This document shows, piece after piece, positions 47,133-56,353 of a stretch of DNA of 64,000 nucleotides. Each line of letters opens with the position of its first letter. Within the stretch, counting starts at the first letter, position 1. The notes below the pieces were generated by a model. That model had not been told where the DNA came from. It searched no databases and was given only the letters and a program-made list of their open reading frames with translations. A program made the translations under genes and the position numbers. Source of the DNA: an uncultured Actinomycetes bacterium. GTDB taxonomy: Bacteria > Actinomycetota > Thermoleophilia > Gaiellales > JAICJC01. The stretch covers positions 942,561 through 1,006,560 of the forward strand of contig CAVRGW010000006.1 in NCBI GenBank assembly GCA_963720885.1, read 5' to 3'.

Positions 47133-48221
47133 CTACCGGGCCTCGAGTCCGACGGTGCCGGCGGGGAGGGTGCCGGCGTTCCCGACGTGATGCAGGCTGC
47201 CGTCGGCGGCGATCCGCCACGCTTCGATCTGGCCGAAGCCATCGGCCAGCACGTACAGAAAGCGCCCATCGGGCGTGACCGACTCGTCCAGCGGGTGGCT
47301 GCCGGCGCCGGCGTTCGCCGTCTCGCCGTTGCCGTCGAGCAGGTCGATCGAGCCGTTCTGGCGAACGCGGTAGCCGGACAGCGTCCCGCTGCCCGCGTTT
47401 GCCGTATAGGCGAATCGGCTGTCCGGGGTGGTGGCCACCCAGCACGCGGCCTGCTGGTGATTCTCCACGGCGCCGGAGCGCGGCGTCAGGCCGCCGGCCG
47501 CGGTGACCGTGTACGACGTCGCGCCGCTTGTCGGCGGGACGCTGGCGTCGGAGACCACGAGCACGCCCGACCGGGTGAACGCGAACCCGAACGGCGTGCC
47601 GCCGACCGACGGATGCGAGATGGCCGCGCTCAGCGAGCCGTCCGCATGCACGCGGAACGTGTCGATCGTGCTCGACGCCTTGTTGGTCACGACCAGGACG
47701 TTGCCGGCCGGGTTTATCCCGACCTGCGCAGGCCCCGAGTCACCCGCGCCCAGCGGCCGCCATGCGGCGTGGATCCGGGCCAGGCCGGCGCTGGTGACGC
47801 GGAAGCCGACGATGCTTGGGGTCGAGCCGCCGTTCAGCACATACACGCGACCGGCGCGGGCGACCACGCTGATCGGCGTTTCGCCGCCCGAGCCGATCAC
47901 CTGCTTGCGGGTCAGCCACGTCCCGGACGTCCGGAACACCGACAGGCTGTCGCTGGCGGCGTTGACGGCGTACACCCTGCTGCCGTCCGGGCTGAGCGCA
48001 AGCGCGCCCTGCGAGCCGAGGTTGGCGCCGGTGCCCCGGCCGCCGGTGGCGAACGAGTGCACCGAGTGCAGCCCGCCGCCGGCGCCGCGTTCGAGCACGA
48101 CCACGCGGTTTCCGGCGGATCCGTTCGACAGCGTGTAGACGGCGCCGCTCGAGCTGGCGAAGGCGCTCGCCGGGAAGGCCAGTGCTGCCAGGCCGAAGGC
48201 GAACGCGAGGAGTCGTTTCAC
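47133..48221 (-). CDS. Secreted lactonase-type 7-bladed beta-propeller protein
   Basis: Signal peptide MKRLLAFAFGLAALAFPASAFA. Repeats of the type ALSPDGSRVYAVNAASDSLSVF. AAGGAGG lies 6 nt upstream of the GTG. Confidence 0.75.
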   Translation of the reverse strand: MKRLLAFAFGLAALAFPASAFASSSGAVYTLSNGSAGNRVVVLERGAGGGLHSVHSFATGGRGTGANLGSQGALALSPDGSRVYAVNAASDSLSVFRTSGTWLTRKQVIGSGGETPISVVARAGRVYVLNGGSTPSIVGFRVTSAGLARIHAAWRPLGAGDSGPAQVGINPAGNVLVVTNKASSTIDTFRVHADGSLSAAISHPSVGGTPFGFAFTRSGVLVVSDASVPPTSGATSYTVTAAGGLTPRSGAVENHQQAACWVATTPDSRFAYTANAGSGTLSGYRVRQNGSIDLLDGNGETANAGAGSHPLDESVTPDGRFLYVLADGFGQIEAWRIAADGSLHHVGNAGTLPAGTVGLEAR

Positions 48222-48361
48222 GGTGTTCCTCCTTGGGTCGAGTTGACCCGATCCAGGCTAGGACCGACTCCTTGCGCACGTCTTTCCCGATCCTTACGAA
48301 ATTCGGAACTGCGGTGCGGATCGCTCGTAACGCCCAGCTGGGGCGGTGATACTGACTCATC

Positions 48362-49045
48362 ATGAGCTCGAACATCCTGGTCGTCGATGACGAGCCGATC
48401 GTCCGCGAGGTCGTGTGCCGCTACCTGGAGCGTGAGTCGTTCACCACGCTCGAGGCGGGGGACGGCGAGCAGGCGCTGCGGCTGCTGCGCGCCGAGGAGA
48501 TCGACCTGGTGGTGCTCGACGTCATGCTCCCCGGCCCTGACGGGCTCGAGCTGTGCCGCTGGATCCGCGCGCGCTCTGACCTGCCGGTGATCATGTTGAC
48601 GGGCCGGGGCGAGGTCACCGACCGGATCGTCGGCCTCGAGCTGGGCGCCGACGACTATCTGACCAAGCCGTTCTCGCCGCGCGAGCTGACGGTGCGGGTG
48701 CGGACGGTGCTGCGCCGTGCCGCGGGCGCCCGCAGCTCCGAGGATGGCCGGATCGAGCTAGGCGACCTGGCGGTCGATCCTGCCACCCGAGAGGTCGAGC
48801 TGCGCGGTTCGCCCGTGCGGCTGACCGCGCGCGAGTTCGACCTGCTCGAGTTCCTGTGCCGCCATCCGCGCCACGTGTTCTCGCGGGATCAGCTGATGGA
48901 CGCCGCCTGGGGCTACCGGTCGGCCCGCGACACCGGCACCGTGACCGTGCACGTCCGCCGGCTGCGCGAGAAGCTCGAGAGCGACCCATCGGAGCCGCGG
49001 ATGCTGCAGACGGTGTGGGGGATCGGCTACCGGCTGGTGCCGTGA
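48362..49045 (+). CDS. OmpR/PhoB-family response regulator
   Basis: ILVVDDE...DLVVLDVMLPGPDG receiver domain. C-terminal winged helix (LTAREFDLLEFL...VWGIGYRL). Confidence 0.93.
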   Translation: MSSNILVVDDEPIVREVVCRYLERESFTTLEAGDGEQALRLLRAEEIDLVVLDVMLPGPDGLELCRWIRARSDLPVIMLTGRGEVTDRIVGLELGADDYLTKPFSPRELTVRVRTVLRRAAGARSSEDGRIELGDLAVDPATREVELRGSPVRLTAREFDLLEFLCRHPRHVFSRDQLMDAAWGYRSARDTGTVTVHVRRLREKLESDPSEPRMLQTVWGIGYRLVP

Positions 49046-49806
49046 TCCATGTCGCCGTCATCGCCTCGGCCGCGGCGCTGGTGCTGGTGCTGTTGTCGGG
49101 CGCCGTCATGTTCGACTCCGGCCACGACATGCAGCTCGACCGCGGAGTTCGACGAGCTGGCCCGCGCCGTGAACGACATGGCGGCAAGCCTCGAGCGGCT
49201 GTTCGACGCTCGCCGCGAGCTGGTCGCCTGGGTGAGCCACGACCTGCGGACGCCGCTCGCGGCGATGCAGGCGATGCTCGAGGCGGTTGACGACGGACTC
49301 GTGCCGGCCGAGCACTACCTGCCCGCGATCCATGAGCAGGTACGGGTGATGGCAGTGCTGATCGACGACCTGTTCGAGCTCGCCCAGCTGGACGCGAGAG
49401 CGGTATCGGCCGACGGTGAGGCGGCGCTGCATCCGGTGATCGAGAGCTGCCTGCGCGGACTGCAGGCCGAGGCGCTGGCCCGGCGCGTGCGGCTCGAGGC
49501 GCGCGTCGACGACCCGCTGCCCGACGTGCGGTGTGCGCGGTGACCGCGCGGTTCGCGGGTGACGCGCCCGAGGTCGTCGTCACCGTTGCCGACACGGGCG
49601 ATGGCCTGTCGCCTCAGGCGCTGCAGCGAATGTTCGACCGATTCTGGCGCGACGACGACGCGCGTGACCGGCGCACCGGCGGCGCCGGGCTCGGTCTGGC
49701 GATCGCGCAGGGGCTTGTCGAACACCACGGCGGGCGGATCTGGGCCGAGAACCGCGCCGGGGGCGGGGCCAGCGTCAGCTTCACGCTGCCCCGCGCGGCG
49801 CTCTGA
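49042..49806 (+). pseudogene. Degenerate sensor histidine kinase (two frame changes plus apparent internal deletions)
   Basis: GTGA overlap with the regulator stop. One TM helix, then only the last HAMP helix (EFDELARAVNDMAASLERL). H-box SHDLRTPL. The N-box is missing between PDVR and VVVTVADTGDGL. G2 box GGAGLGLAIA. The pieces lie in ORFs 48856..49290, 49049..49543 and 49531..49806. Confidence 0.7.
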
Positions 49807-49809
49807 CGA

Positions 49810-51000
49810 TCAGCTGGCCTTGACCTCGGCCCAGATCCGCTGGTATTCGGTGCGGTTGGGGATGAACGCGTCCAGCTTGACCGGCGGGTCGAGCGCGTGC
49901 GGATCACCGATCTTCAGCTTGGCGGCCAGGTCCGCGTTGGTGATCTCATCCGGCGTGATCGTCTTGTCGGCGGCGCCGTACGCGAACAGGTTCGTCAGCT
50001 GCACGCACGGTTTGTGGGCGATGAAAGAGTCGACGTAGGCATGGGCGTGCAGTGGGCTCTCGGTGCCCTTGCCCATCATGAATCCACAGATCCAGGCCAG
50101 CGTCCCTTGCTTCGGCGCACCCATGAAGTCGACCTTGTCGAAGCCCAGCGCCTTGCCCATGTCGGTGTAGTCGTTCGCCCACGAGTAGGTGATCCAGATG
50201 TCGCCCGACTTGAAGCCGGGCTGCATGTTGCCGTATTCGCTCGTCCAGTAGAACTTGTTCAGCGGCTTCTGCTTGATCAACAGCTCCTTCGCCCGGTCGA
50301 GCTCATCGGGCGTCATGTTGTCGATGTCCTTGGCCGGCGGATCCATCACCAGGCCGGCGATGATCACCGGTGTCGAGCCGCCGTCCCACATCGAGATCTT
50401 GCCGCTGTACTTCTCGTTCCAGAAGAGGCTCCAGCCCTCAGCGGCGTCGGCCGGGTCGACCTTGTCGGTGCGGTAGAGGATCGACGAGAAACCCCAGTCC
50501 CAGGGGATCCAGTACTGCTGGCCGTCGATCACCCCGCGTGCGGTCATCTCGGGGTAGAGGTTGGGGAAGTTCGAGAGCAGGCTGGTGTCGAACGGCTCGA
50601 CCACGCCGGCGTCGACGTAGTCGTGGACGTAGCCGACGCAGGGATGCAAGAGGTCGAACTTCTGCCCCGCCTTCATCGCGTTCAGGCACTTGTCGTCGTT
50701 GCCGTAGTCGGCGTACTTGAGGCCGCCGGCGCCGTACTCGTTGACATAGCTCTTGCCCGCCAGCAGGCCGTAGGTCTGCGCCTTGGTGCCGCCCGCTTCG
50801 TAGCCGGGCCACTCCGAGATGACCAGTTTGTTCGGCTCGCTCGAGATGTCACCCGAGTACGTCACGGCGGGGCCGGAGACGGCGCTGCCTCCGCCGGTCT
50901 CGGCCTTGATGCCGGAGGACGAACCGCAGCCGGCCAGCAGGGTCGCGCCTCCTAGCGCGGCAGAGCCCTTGAGGAAATCACGCCGGTCGATACGCGCCAT
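49810..51000 (-). CDS. ABC-type substrate-binding protein (PotD/PotF-like) with TAT/lipoprotein leader
   Basis: MARIDRRDFLKGSAALGGATLLAGCGSS. Length and Trp/Tyr-rich composition fit polyamine-type binding proteins. No permease or ATPase genes are adjacent. Confidence 0.7.
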   Translation of the reverse strand: MARIDRRDFLKGSAALGGATLLAGCGSSSGIKAETGGGSAVSGPAVTYSGDISSEPNKLVISEWPGYEAGGTKAQTYGLLAGKSYVNEYGAGGLKYADYGNDDKCLNAMKAGQKFDLLHPCVGYVHDYVDAGVVEPFDTSLLSNFPNLYPEMTARGVIDGQQYWIPWDWGFSSILYRTDKVDPADAAEGWSLFWNEKYSGKISMWDGGSTPVIIAGLVMDPPAKDIDNMTPDELDRAKELLIKQKPLNKFYWTSEYGNMQPGFKSGDIWITYSWANDYTDMGKALGFDKVDFMGAPKQGTLAWICGFMMGKGTESPLHAHAYVDSFIAHKPCVQLTNLFAYGAADKTITPDEITNADLAAKLKIGDPHALDPPVKLDAFIPNRTEYQRIWAEVKAS

Positions 51001-51211
51001 GCTGCTGAGCCTCCTGCTCGGGGGCGCTCAACCTACCGGTGCTCCCGACACGTGTCCAGCGGCCGACCCGTCAAGCCGCGGAGCGTGACGATCTTGTCGC
51101 AGGGCGCGCGGAAGCGCCACGACTCGCGCACGGCCGGCGTTGGCCCTGGCACTGTGCCCGGCACCTGTGCCCGGCACCAGGGTCTGGCGACTCAGGCCCG
51201 GCGGCGGGCGG

Positions 51212-51550
51212 TCAGTCCTCGAGCCACTCCGTCTCCATCTCGGAGGCGGTGTGGATGTTGACCATGCGGAGCTCGCCGACGCCGGTGTTCGTGAAGGCGT
51301 GGGGCATTCCGGCTGGCGCGATCACGATGATGCCCGCCTCGGCGACGATCACGTCCTCGCCGACGCGGAACGTCGCCTGGCCGCCCTCGACGATGAACAG
51401 CTCCGGATACGGGTGGCGGTGCAGCGACGGGCCCTTGCCGGGTGCCGAGTGGACGAGGAACATCGACACCGGCACGTCGTGGTCGGCACCGATGAACTGG
51501 TGCGAGTTCTCGCCACGGTCGAGATCGTCGATGTCGATCACGGGGCTCAT
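51212..51550 (-). CDS. Cupin domain protein
   Basis: 112-aa tail of ORF 51212..52120 from MSPVIDID. Cupin motifs GPSLHRHPYPELFIVEGG and APAGMPHAFTN. Confidence 0.8.
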   Translation of the reverse strand: MSPVIDIDDLDRGENSHQFIGADHDVPVSMFLVHSAPGKGPSLHRHPYPELFIVEGGQATFRVGEDVIVAEAGIIVIAPAGMPHAFTNTGVGELRMVNIHTASEMETEWLED

Positions 51551-51570
51551 CGCCCCAACGATACCGCCGG

Positions 51571-52206
51571 CTACTCCGCCTCGGTCAGGCCCATCGACGA
51601 CCGGAAATCCTCGGCGGTGTTCGTGTGGGGGAACGGCTCGGCCGGCTCCGGCACATCCAGCGCCCTGCACAGCGGCCCCCATCCGTCGCCCGGCTGCCAC
51701 TCGACCAGCCGGTCGGCGGGGATCGTCCTGCGCACCTCGTCCGTGTTCCTGCGGTAGGCGGCGATCGCGGCGTCGCGGTCGGTGAACTCGGGGGTGAACC
51801 GGTTGGCCATCATGTCCATCGTCAGCGCGCGCCGCTCGTTCCAGCGAACGTCGTCCGCCGGCACCGGCGTCTGCAGCTGCGTTGCGATCGTCCGCTCGAA
51901 GCTGGCCCACCAGGCCTCCGGCGAGCTGCGCAGCGAGAGCAGCACCACGGCGTCCGGGTTGGCGGCCGTGAGCTCGGGCCAGAACGCTGCGGCCGGCCAG
52001 TCGACGGTCGCGTCGTAGCCGGCCAGCATCCCGTTCAGGTCTGCGGGCTCGCCGCGCGCAGCCGCGTGCCAGACTGCGATGTCGTCGTCCCGTCCGAACA
52101 GCTCGGACATGTGGTAGCACGGGCCGCCGAGCAGGTGTTCGAGCGCCTGTTTGAGCGAGTGCGTCCCCGTCCGGCCGACACCGGCGCCGATCAGCTTGAG
52201 AGCCAC
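51571..52206 (-). CDS. Sulfotransferase family protein
   Basis: GTG 52206 within ORF 51571..52434. The PAPS 5'-phosphosulfate loop-like GAGVGRTGTHSL lies at the N-terminus. The length fits the small cytosolic sulfotransferase family. Confidence 0.7.
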   Translation of the reverse strand: MALKLIGAGVGRTGTHSLKQALEHLLGGPCYHMSELFGRDDDIAVWHAAARGEPADLNGMLAGYDATVDWPAAAFWPELTAANPDAVVLLSLRSSPEAWWASFERTIATQLQTPVPADDVRWNERRALTMDMMANRFTPEFTDRDAAIAAYRRNTDEVRRTIPADRLVEWQPGDGWGPLCRALDVPEPAEPFPHTNTAEDFRSSMGLTEAE

Positions 52207-52258
52207 GGCGAGATCATACGGGTACCGTGGACACGCCGTTTCTGACACGCTTCGGTGG

Positions 52259-53266
52259 ATGATCGAGAGCGCGCTCAGCGACCTGGCCGGCTGGTTCGGT
52301 GACCTGATCGAGAACGTCGGTTCGATCGGGCTCGGGTATCTGCTACTCGGCTGCCTCCTGCAGTGGGGGCAGACGCTTCTCAACTCGGTCGCCTGGCGCA
52401 ACGTGCTGCAGGCGTCGTACCCGGAGAAACACATCCTCCAGAAGGAGATCTCGGCCGGCTACGCGGCCGGCGTCGGGCTGAACTCGGTGTTGCCAGGGCA
52501 GGCGGGGACGATCACGTACCTCGCGCTGTTCCGCGCGTCGATCTCCGGGTCGAGCGTCGCGACGATCACTGCCGGCGCCGCCGTCCAGGCGATCTTCTGG
52601 TCGATCGTCGGCGGGCTGGTGTACCTGCTGCTGTTCCTCTCCCGGCCGGATGCGTTCAACGTCAAGCTGGGGACGATCACCTCCTGGATCGGCGACCACT
52701 TGGTGATCACGCTGGTGCTCGCCGCGGCGGCGGCCGCGCTGATCCTGATCTGCGTGCGGCTGATCAAGACCCGGCTGCACGAGCAGTGGGAGCAGCTCGG
52801 CCAGGGTGCGGCGATCCTGCGCACGCCGCGCCGCTACCTCGCTCGCGTCGTCACCTTCCAGGCGCTCTCGTACACGTGCCGGATCGGCGTCAACGCAACG
52901 TTCATGGCGGCGTACGGCATTCCGGTGACCGCCCGCAACATCTTCATCGTGATCGCTGCGGCCTCGATTGCGTCTGTGGTGGCCGTGGCGCCGGGCGGCA
53001 TCGGTGCCACCACGTCCGTGCTCCTGGTGGCGTTGGCTGGTGAGGCGACGCAATCTCAGATCACGTCCTACTCGGTCGGCCAGCAGGCCGCCTGCATGCT
53101 GGCGAACATCGTGCTCGGACTGATCCTGATGAGCAAGGTGTTCGGCTGGGACGCGACGCGGTCGGTGATGCACCGGCGGAAGAAGACCAAGGGCGAGTCC
53201 ACCGAGCAGGGTGCCGAGCAGCTCGCCGAGCAGCTCGCCGCACGGCGGCGAACCACCAAGGACTAG
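52259..53266 (+). CDS. Lysylphosphatidylglycerol-synthase-TM-like (UPF0104, flippase-like) membrane protein
   Basis: Start at MIESALSD within ORF 52151..53266. Eight hydrophobic segments. WRNVLQASYP...AGYAAGVGLNSVLPGQAG pattern. Confidence 0.65.
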   Translation: MIESALSDLAGWFGDLIENVGSIGLGYLLLGCLLQWGQTLLNSVAWRNVLQASYPEKHILQKEISAGYAAGVGLNSVLPGQAGTITYLALFRASISGSSVATITAGAAVQAIFWSIVGGLVYLLLFLSRPDAFNVKLGTITSWIGDHLVITLVLAAAAAALILICVRLIKTRLHEQWEQLGQGAAILRTPRRYLARVVTFQALSYTCRIGVNATFMAAYGIPVTARNIFIVIAAASIASVVAVAPGGIGATTSVLLVALAGEATQSQITSYSVGQQAACMLANIVLGLILMSKVFGWDATRSVMHRRKKTKGESTEQGAEQLAEQLAARRRTTKD

Positions 53267-53763
53267 TCAGCCGCGGCGGCGCGGAGCTTCTCGACGACGT
53301 CGTCGCCGATCTCGTTCTTGGTCACCCGCCGACTTGCCCGCAGCACCCGATCGATGTCGTCCATCCGCTCCGTGTCGGTGATCGCGATCAGCCCGGACGA
53401 CGACGGCGGCAGCGTGTTCGAGATCGCGTCGGCGATCGCTCGCATCGAGCGGCTCCGCCGCCGGCCGGCGATGGCGCCCGCAGCGCCTCCGAACAGCGCG
53501 CTGCCGATCAGCGACGGCGGGAACAGCACTCCCACGGCGGCGCCGGCCAGCGTACCCCAGCCCGCCGTGCGGCCGGTGGTGTCGGCCATCCCGGGGATCG
53601 TGATCGCGCCGTCGCGGTCGCGGCTGACGACGACCGCGCCGTGGATCTCGGCCGAGCCCGCCGATGCGAGCCGCTGCGCCTCCGCGAGAGCGCCCGCCGC
53701 GTCGCTCTCGTGGTCGTACGCCCCGACGATCAGCGTGCTGCCGGTGCGGCGCGCGTCGCTCAC
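53263..53763 (-). CDS. DUF1269-like membrane protein
   Basis: GAYDHESDAAGAL...GAVVVSRDRDGAI, then the glycine-zipper segment GAAVGVLFPPSLIGSALFGGAAGAIAG. Confidence 0.65.
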   Translation of the reverse strand: MSDARRTGSTLIVGAYDHESDAAGALAEAQRLASAGSAEIHGAVVVSRDRDGAITIPGMADTTGRTAGWGTLAGAAVGVLFPPSLIGSALFGGAAGAIAGRRRSRSMRAIADAISNTLPPSSSGLIAITDTERMDDIDRVLRASRRVTKNEIGDDVVEKLRAAAAD

Positions 53764-54116
53764 GACTCCGCCGTCCCGTGCCTGTAGTCGTCGTCGAGCG
53801 CCTCCAGCGCGGCATCGACGTCGTAGCCCAGCGCGAGGCCGAGCTGCGGCGCCGTCGAGGTCACCCGGGCGCCGCCGGCGATCGGCATGACGGCAACCAG
53901 CGCATCCACGATCTCATCGTACGTCGCGCCGGCCGCGACCGCGTCCTCGACCCCTGCGCGGTAGGACGCAGCGCCCGCGCCGAGGGCGAACATCGCGCCC
54001 AGCTGCGCGAACGCGCGCGCCCGGCAGTCCAGGCTCTCGGGGTCGGCAAGGGCAGTTCGTTCGTCGCCGACGGCGAGGCGTCGCAGGGTCTGCTTGTAGC
54101 TGCCCATGCCGCTCAA
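53760..54116 (-). CDS. Carboxymuconolactone decarboxylase (AhpD-like) family protein
   Basis: LDCRARAFAQLGAMFALGAGAASYRAGVEDAVAAGATYDEIVDALVAVMPIAG resembles the CMD-family helical core. Its stop overlaps the next start. Confidence 0.6.
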   Translation of the reverse strand: MSGMGSYKQTLRRLAVGDERTALADPESLDCRARAFAQLGAMFALGAGAASYRAGVEDAVAAGATYDEIVDALVAVMPIAGGARVTSTAPQLGLALGYDVDAALEALDDDYRHGTAES

Positions 54117-54149
54117 TTCCAGCGCGGCGAGGCGGCGGCTGCATCACCC

Positions 54150-56295
54150 TCAGGGGGTGATCCTGGCCGGCGGCGCGATCAGGCCCAGTGCCTCGGCCCG
54201 GGCGACGGCCTCGCTGCGGGAGGACGCGCCCAGCTTGCGGTATATCGAGATCGCCTGCGTCTTGACCGTGTTGCGCGAGACGAACAGCCGGTCGGCGATC
54301 TCGCGGAACGACAGGTGCGTTGTCAACAGAGGAACCAGCCGAAGCTCGGCCGGCGTCAGGCTGTCGTTCCACCCATCGGGCGCCTCGCGGCGTGCCGCAG
54401 CCCGCCGCACCTCGGCGGCCTGCCCGGCCAGCGTACCCAGCCGTGGGCGGATCAGCAGCAGATGCTCGACCTCGGCACACAGCGCCGCAGCGTGCTCGTC
54501 CTCACCCAGCAGCAGGTGGGCGCGGGAGGCGTCGAGCCGGCCTTGCACCGCCATCCACGGCAGGGCGTCGGTGACCTGCGGAAGCAGCCGGTGTGCGGCC
54601 GCGAGCCACTCCCGGGCAGCGTCGAGGCGGCCCCGCTCGGCAGCAGTCCGCGCACCCACCGCGTAGCAGACCGCGCTGGTCGCACGGGCGGTCAGGGAGC
54701 GGCCGATCAGCCGCTCGATCCCCTCGGTCGCCAGCCCGTCCGCGCCGACCAGGTCGCCGCGCGCGCAGGCCAGCACCGCGCGGCCGGCAAGCGCGATCGA
54801 CGACGTGTTCGTCAGCCCGGCCGCCGATGCACGCGCCGCGTCGGTCAACGTCGTGTCGGCGGCGTCGTCCATGCCGCGCAGCAGCTGCGACCACCCGACC
54901 AGGAGCAGCGCCTTGGCGCGCCACGGGCTGAGCAGGTCGAGCGAATCCACGGCGAACTGCGCGTCGGCCTGCATCCGCTCCACTCCATCGGGGCAGAGTG
55001 CGGCCCGCAGCAGCGCGAGGCGCGGCACCGTGGTGTCGTCGAGGGTGGCGGCCATCGCGATGCCGCGCTCCGCGGCGGCCAGGCACTCCTCGGCATCCCG
55101 AGGCCGGCCGCGGAGGGCGTGGATCCAGCCCGCGAGCACCGCAAGCCCGGGCCGCCGCTCGAGCGGCTCGCCCTCCAGCTGTCGCAGCCACGACTCGACC
55201 AGCGCTGTCTGGCCGTCGTGGAACGCGTGCATCGCGTGGCGCTCCACCAGTGACGCGGCCTGCGCGCGGTTGCCGGCCGCCAGCGCGTAGCCGATGGCCT
55301 GCTCCGTCCTGCCGTTCGCGTCACACCAGTCGGCGGCCCTGCCGGCGAGCCGTCGTGACGCGCCCGGCGACTCGAGCTCGAGCTCGGCGATCAGCATCTG
55401 GCGCATCATCCCGTGCAGCCGGTACGCGCTGCGGTGACGGTCGAGCGGCATCAGCATCGAGTTGGTTCGCTCGAGTCGTTCCAGCCGGCGACCGGAGTCC
55501 GCACGTCTCCAGCACCGCGTCGCAGAGCGGCGCCGAGAGCTCCTCGAGCACTGCCGTGCGCGTCAGGAAGCCGCGGTCCGCGGCCGGTCGGAGTTGGCTG
55601 ACCACCTCGGCGCGCAGGTAGTCGACGACGAAGCGATCGGGCGCCGGCTCGGTCGGGCGCTCGAGCGCAGCGAGCGCTCCCAGGTACAGGCCGGCGGGCC
55701 AGCCCTCGGCCGCTCGCACGACACCGGCCGCCTCGGCGGCGGTCAGGCTGGCCGCCGCGGCGCTCACCACGAGGCGCGCTTCCCGCGCGCTCATCGCCAG
55801 ATCGGCCGGCCCGATCTCCACCAGGCGCTCCTCCGCGCGCATCCGTGCCACCGGAAGCGCCGGGTCACCGCGCCCGGCGACCGCCACGGTCGACCCGGCC
55901 GGCAGTTCGGCCGCGATCGCGGCAAGCAGCGCCAGCGACTCACGGCTCAGCCGGTCGGCCTCGTCCACCACCAGCAACAGCGGCTCGTCCGAGCCGCTGC
56001 AGCGCCGGATGTCATCGAGGGCCGCTGCGATGCTCGTGCGCATCTCGCGCGGATCGGCGTCATCGTCACCCGTTGTCAGCCATGCAGCCGGGCGCGGATC
56101 CTGCTCTGCCCACTGCGCCAGCAGCGTTGTCTTGCCGTACCCGGCGCCGGCCGTGACGGTCACCAGCGGCGCGTCACAGCCGGCCAGCCGCTTGAGCAGC
56201 GCGGTGCGCGGAACGTCGCCCAGCCCGAACGCGGGCGGGCGGAATCTGGCGCCGGGGCGCGGCGCGAGCGCCCCGATGGCGGTGCGGTGGGACAC
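54150..56295 (-). CDS. MalT/LuxR-like large regulator (AAA/STAND ATPase, helical repeats, C-terminal LuxR HTH), frame change near 55498-55506
   Basis: ORF 55321..56427 carries Walker A TAGAGYGKTTLL and LLLVVDEAD. ORF 54150..55457 carries MPLDRHRSAYRLH..., TPR-like repeats and LTPAELRLVPLL...SFREIADRLFVSRNTVKTQAISIYRKLG. The start at 56295 is uncertain. Confidence 0.8.
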
Positions 56296-56353
56296 CTGCT
56301 CCTTCCCTTCCGGGCGATGACCGCTGCTGTTGACGCGTGTATACATATCAGTG

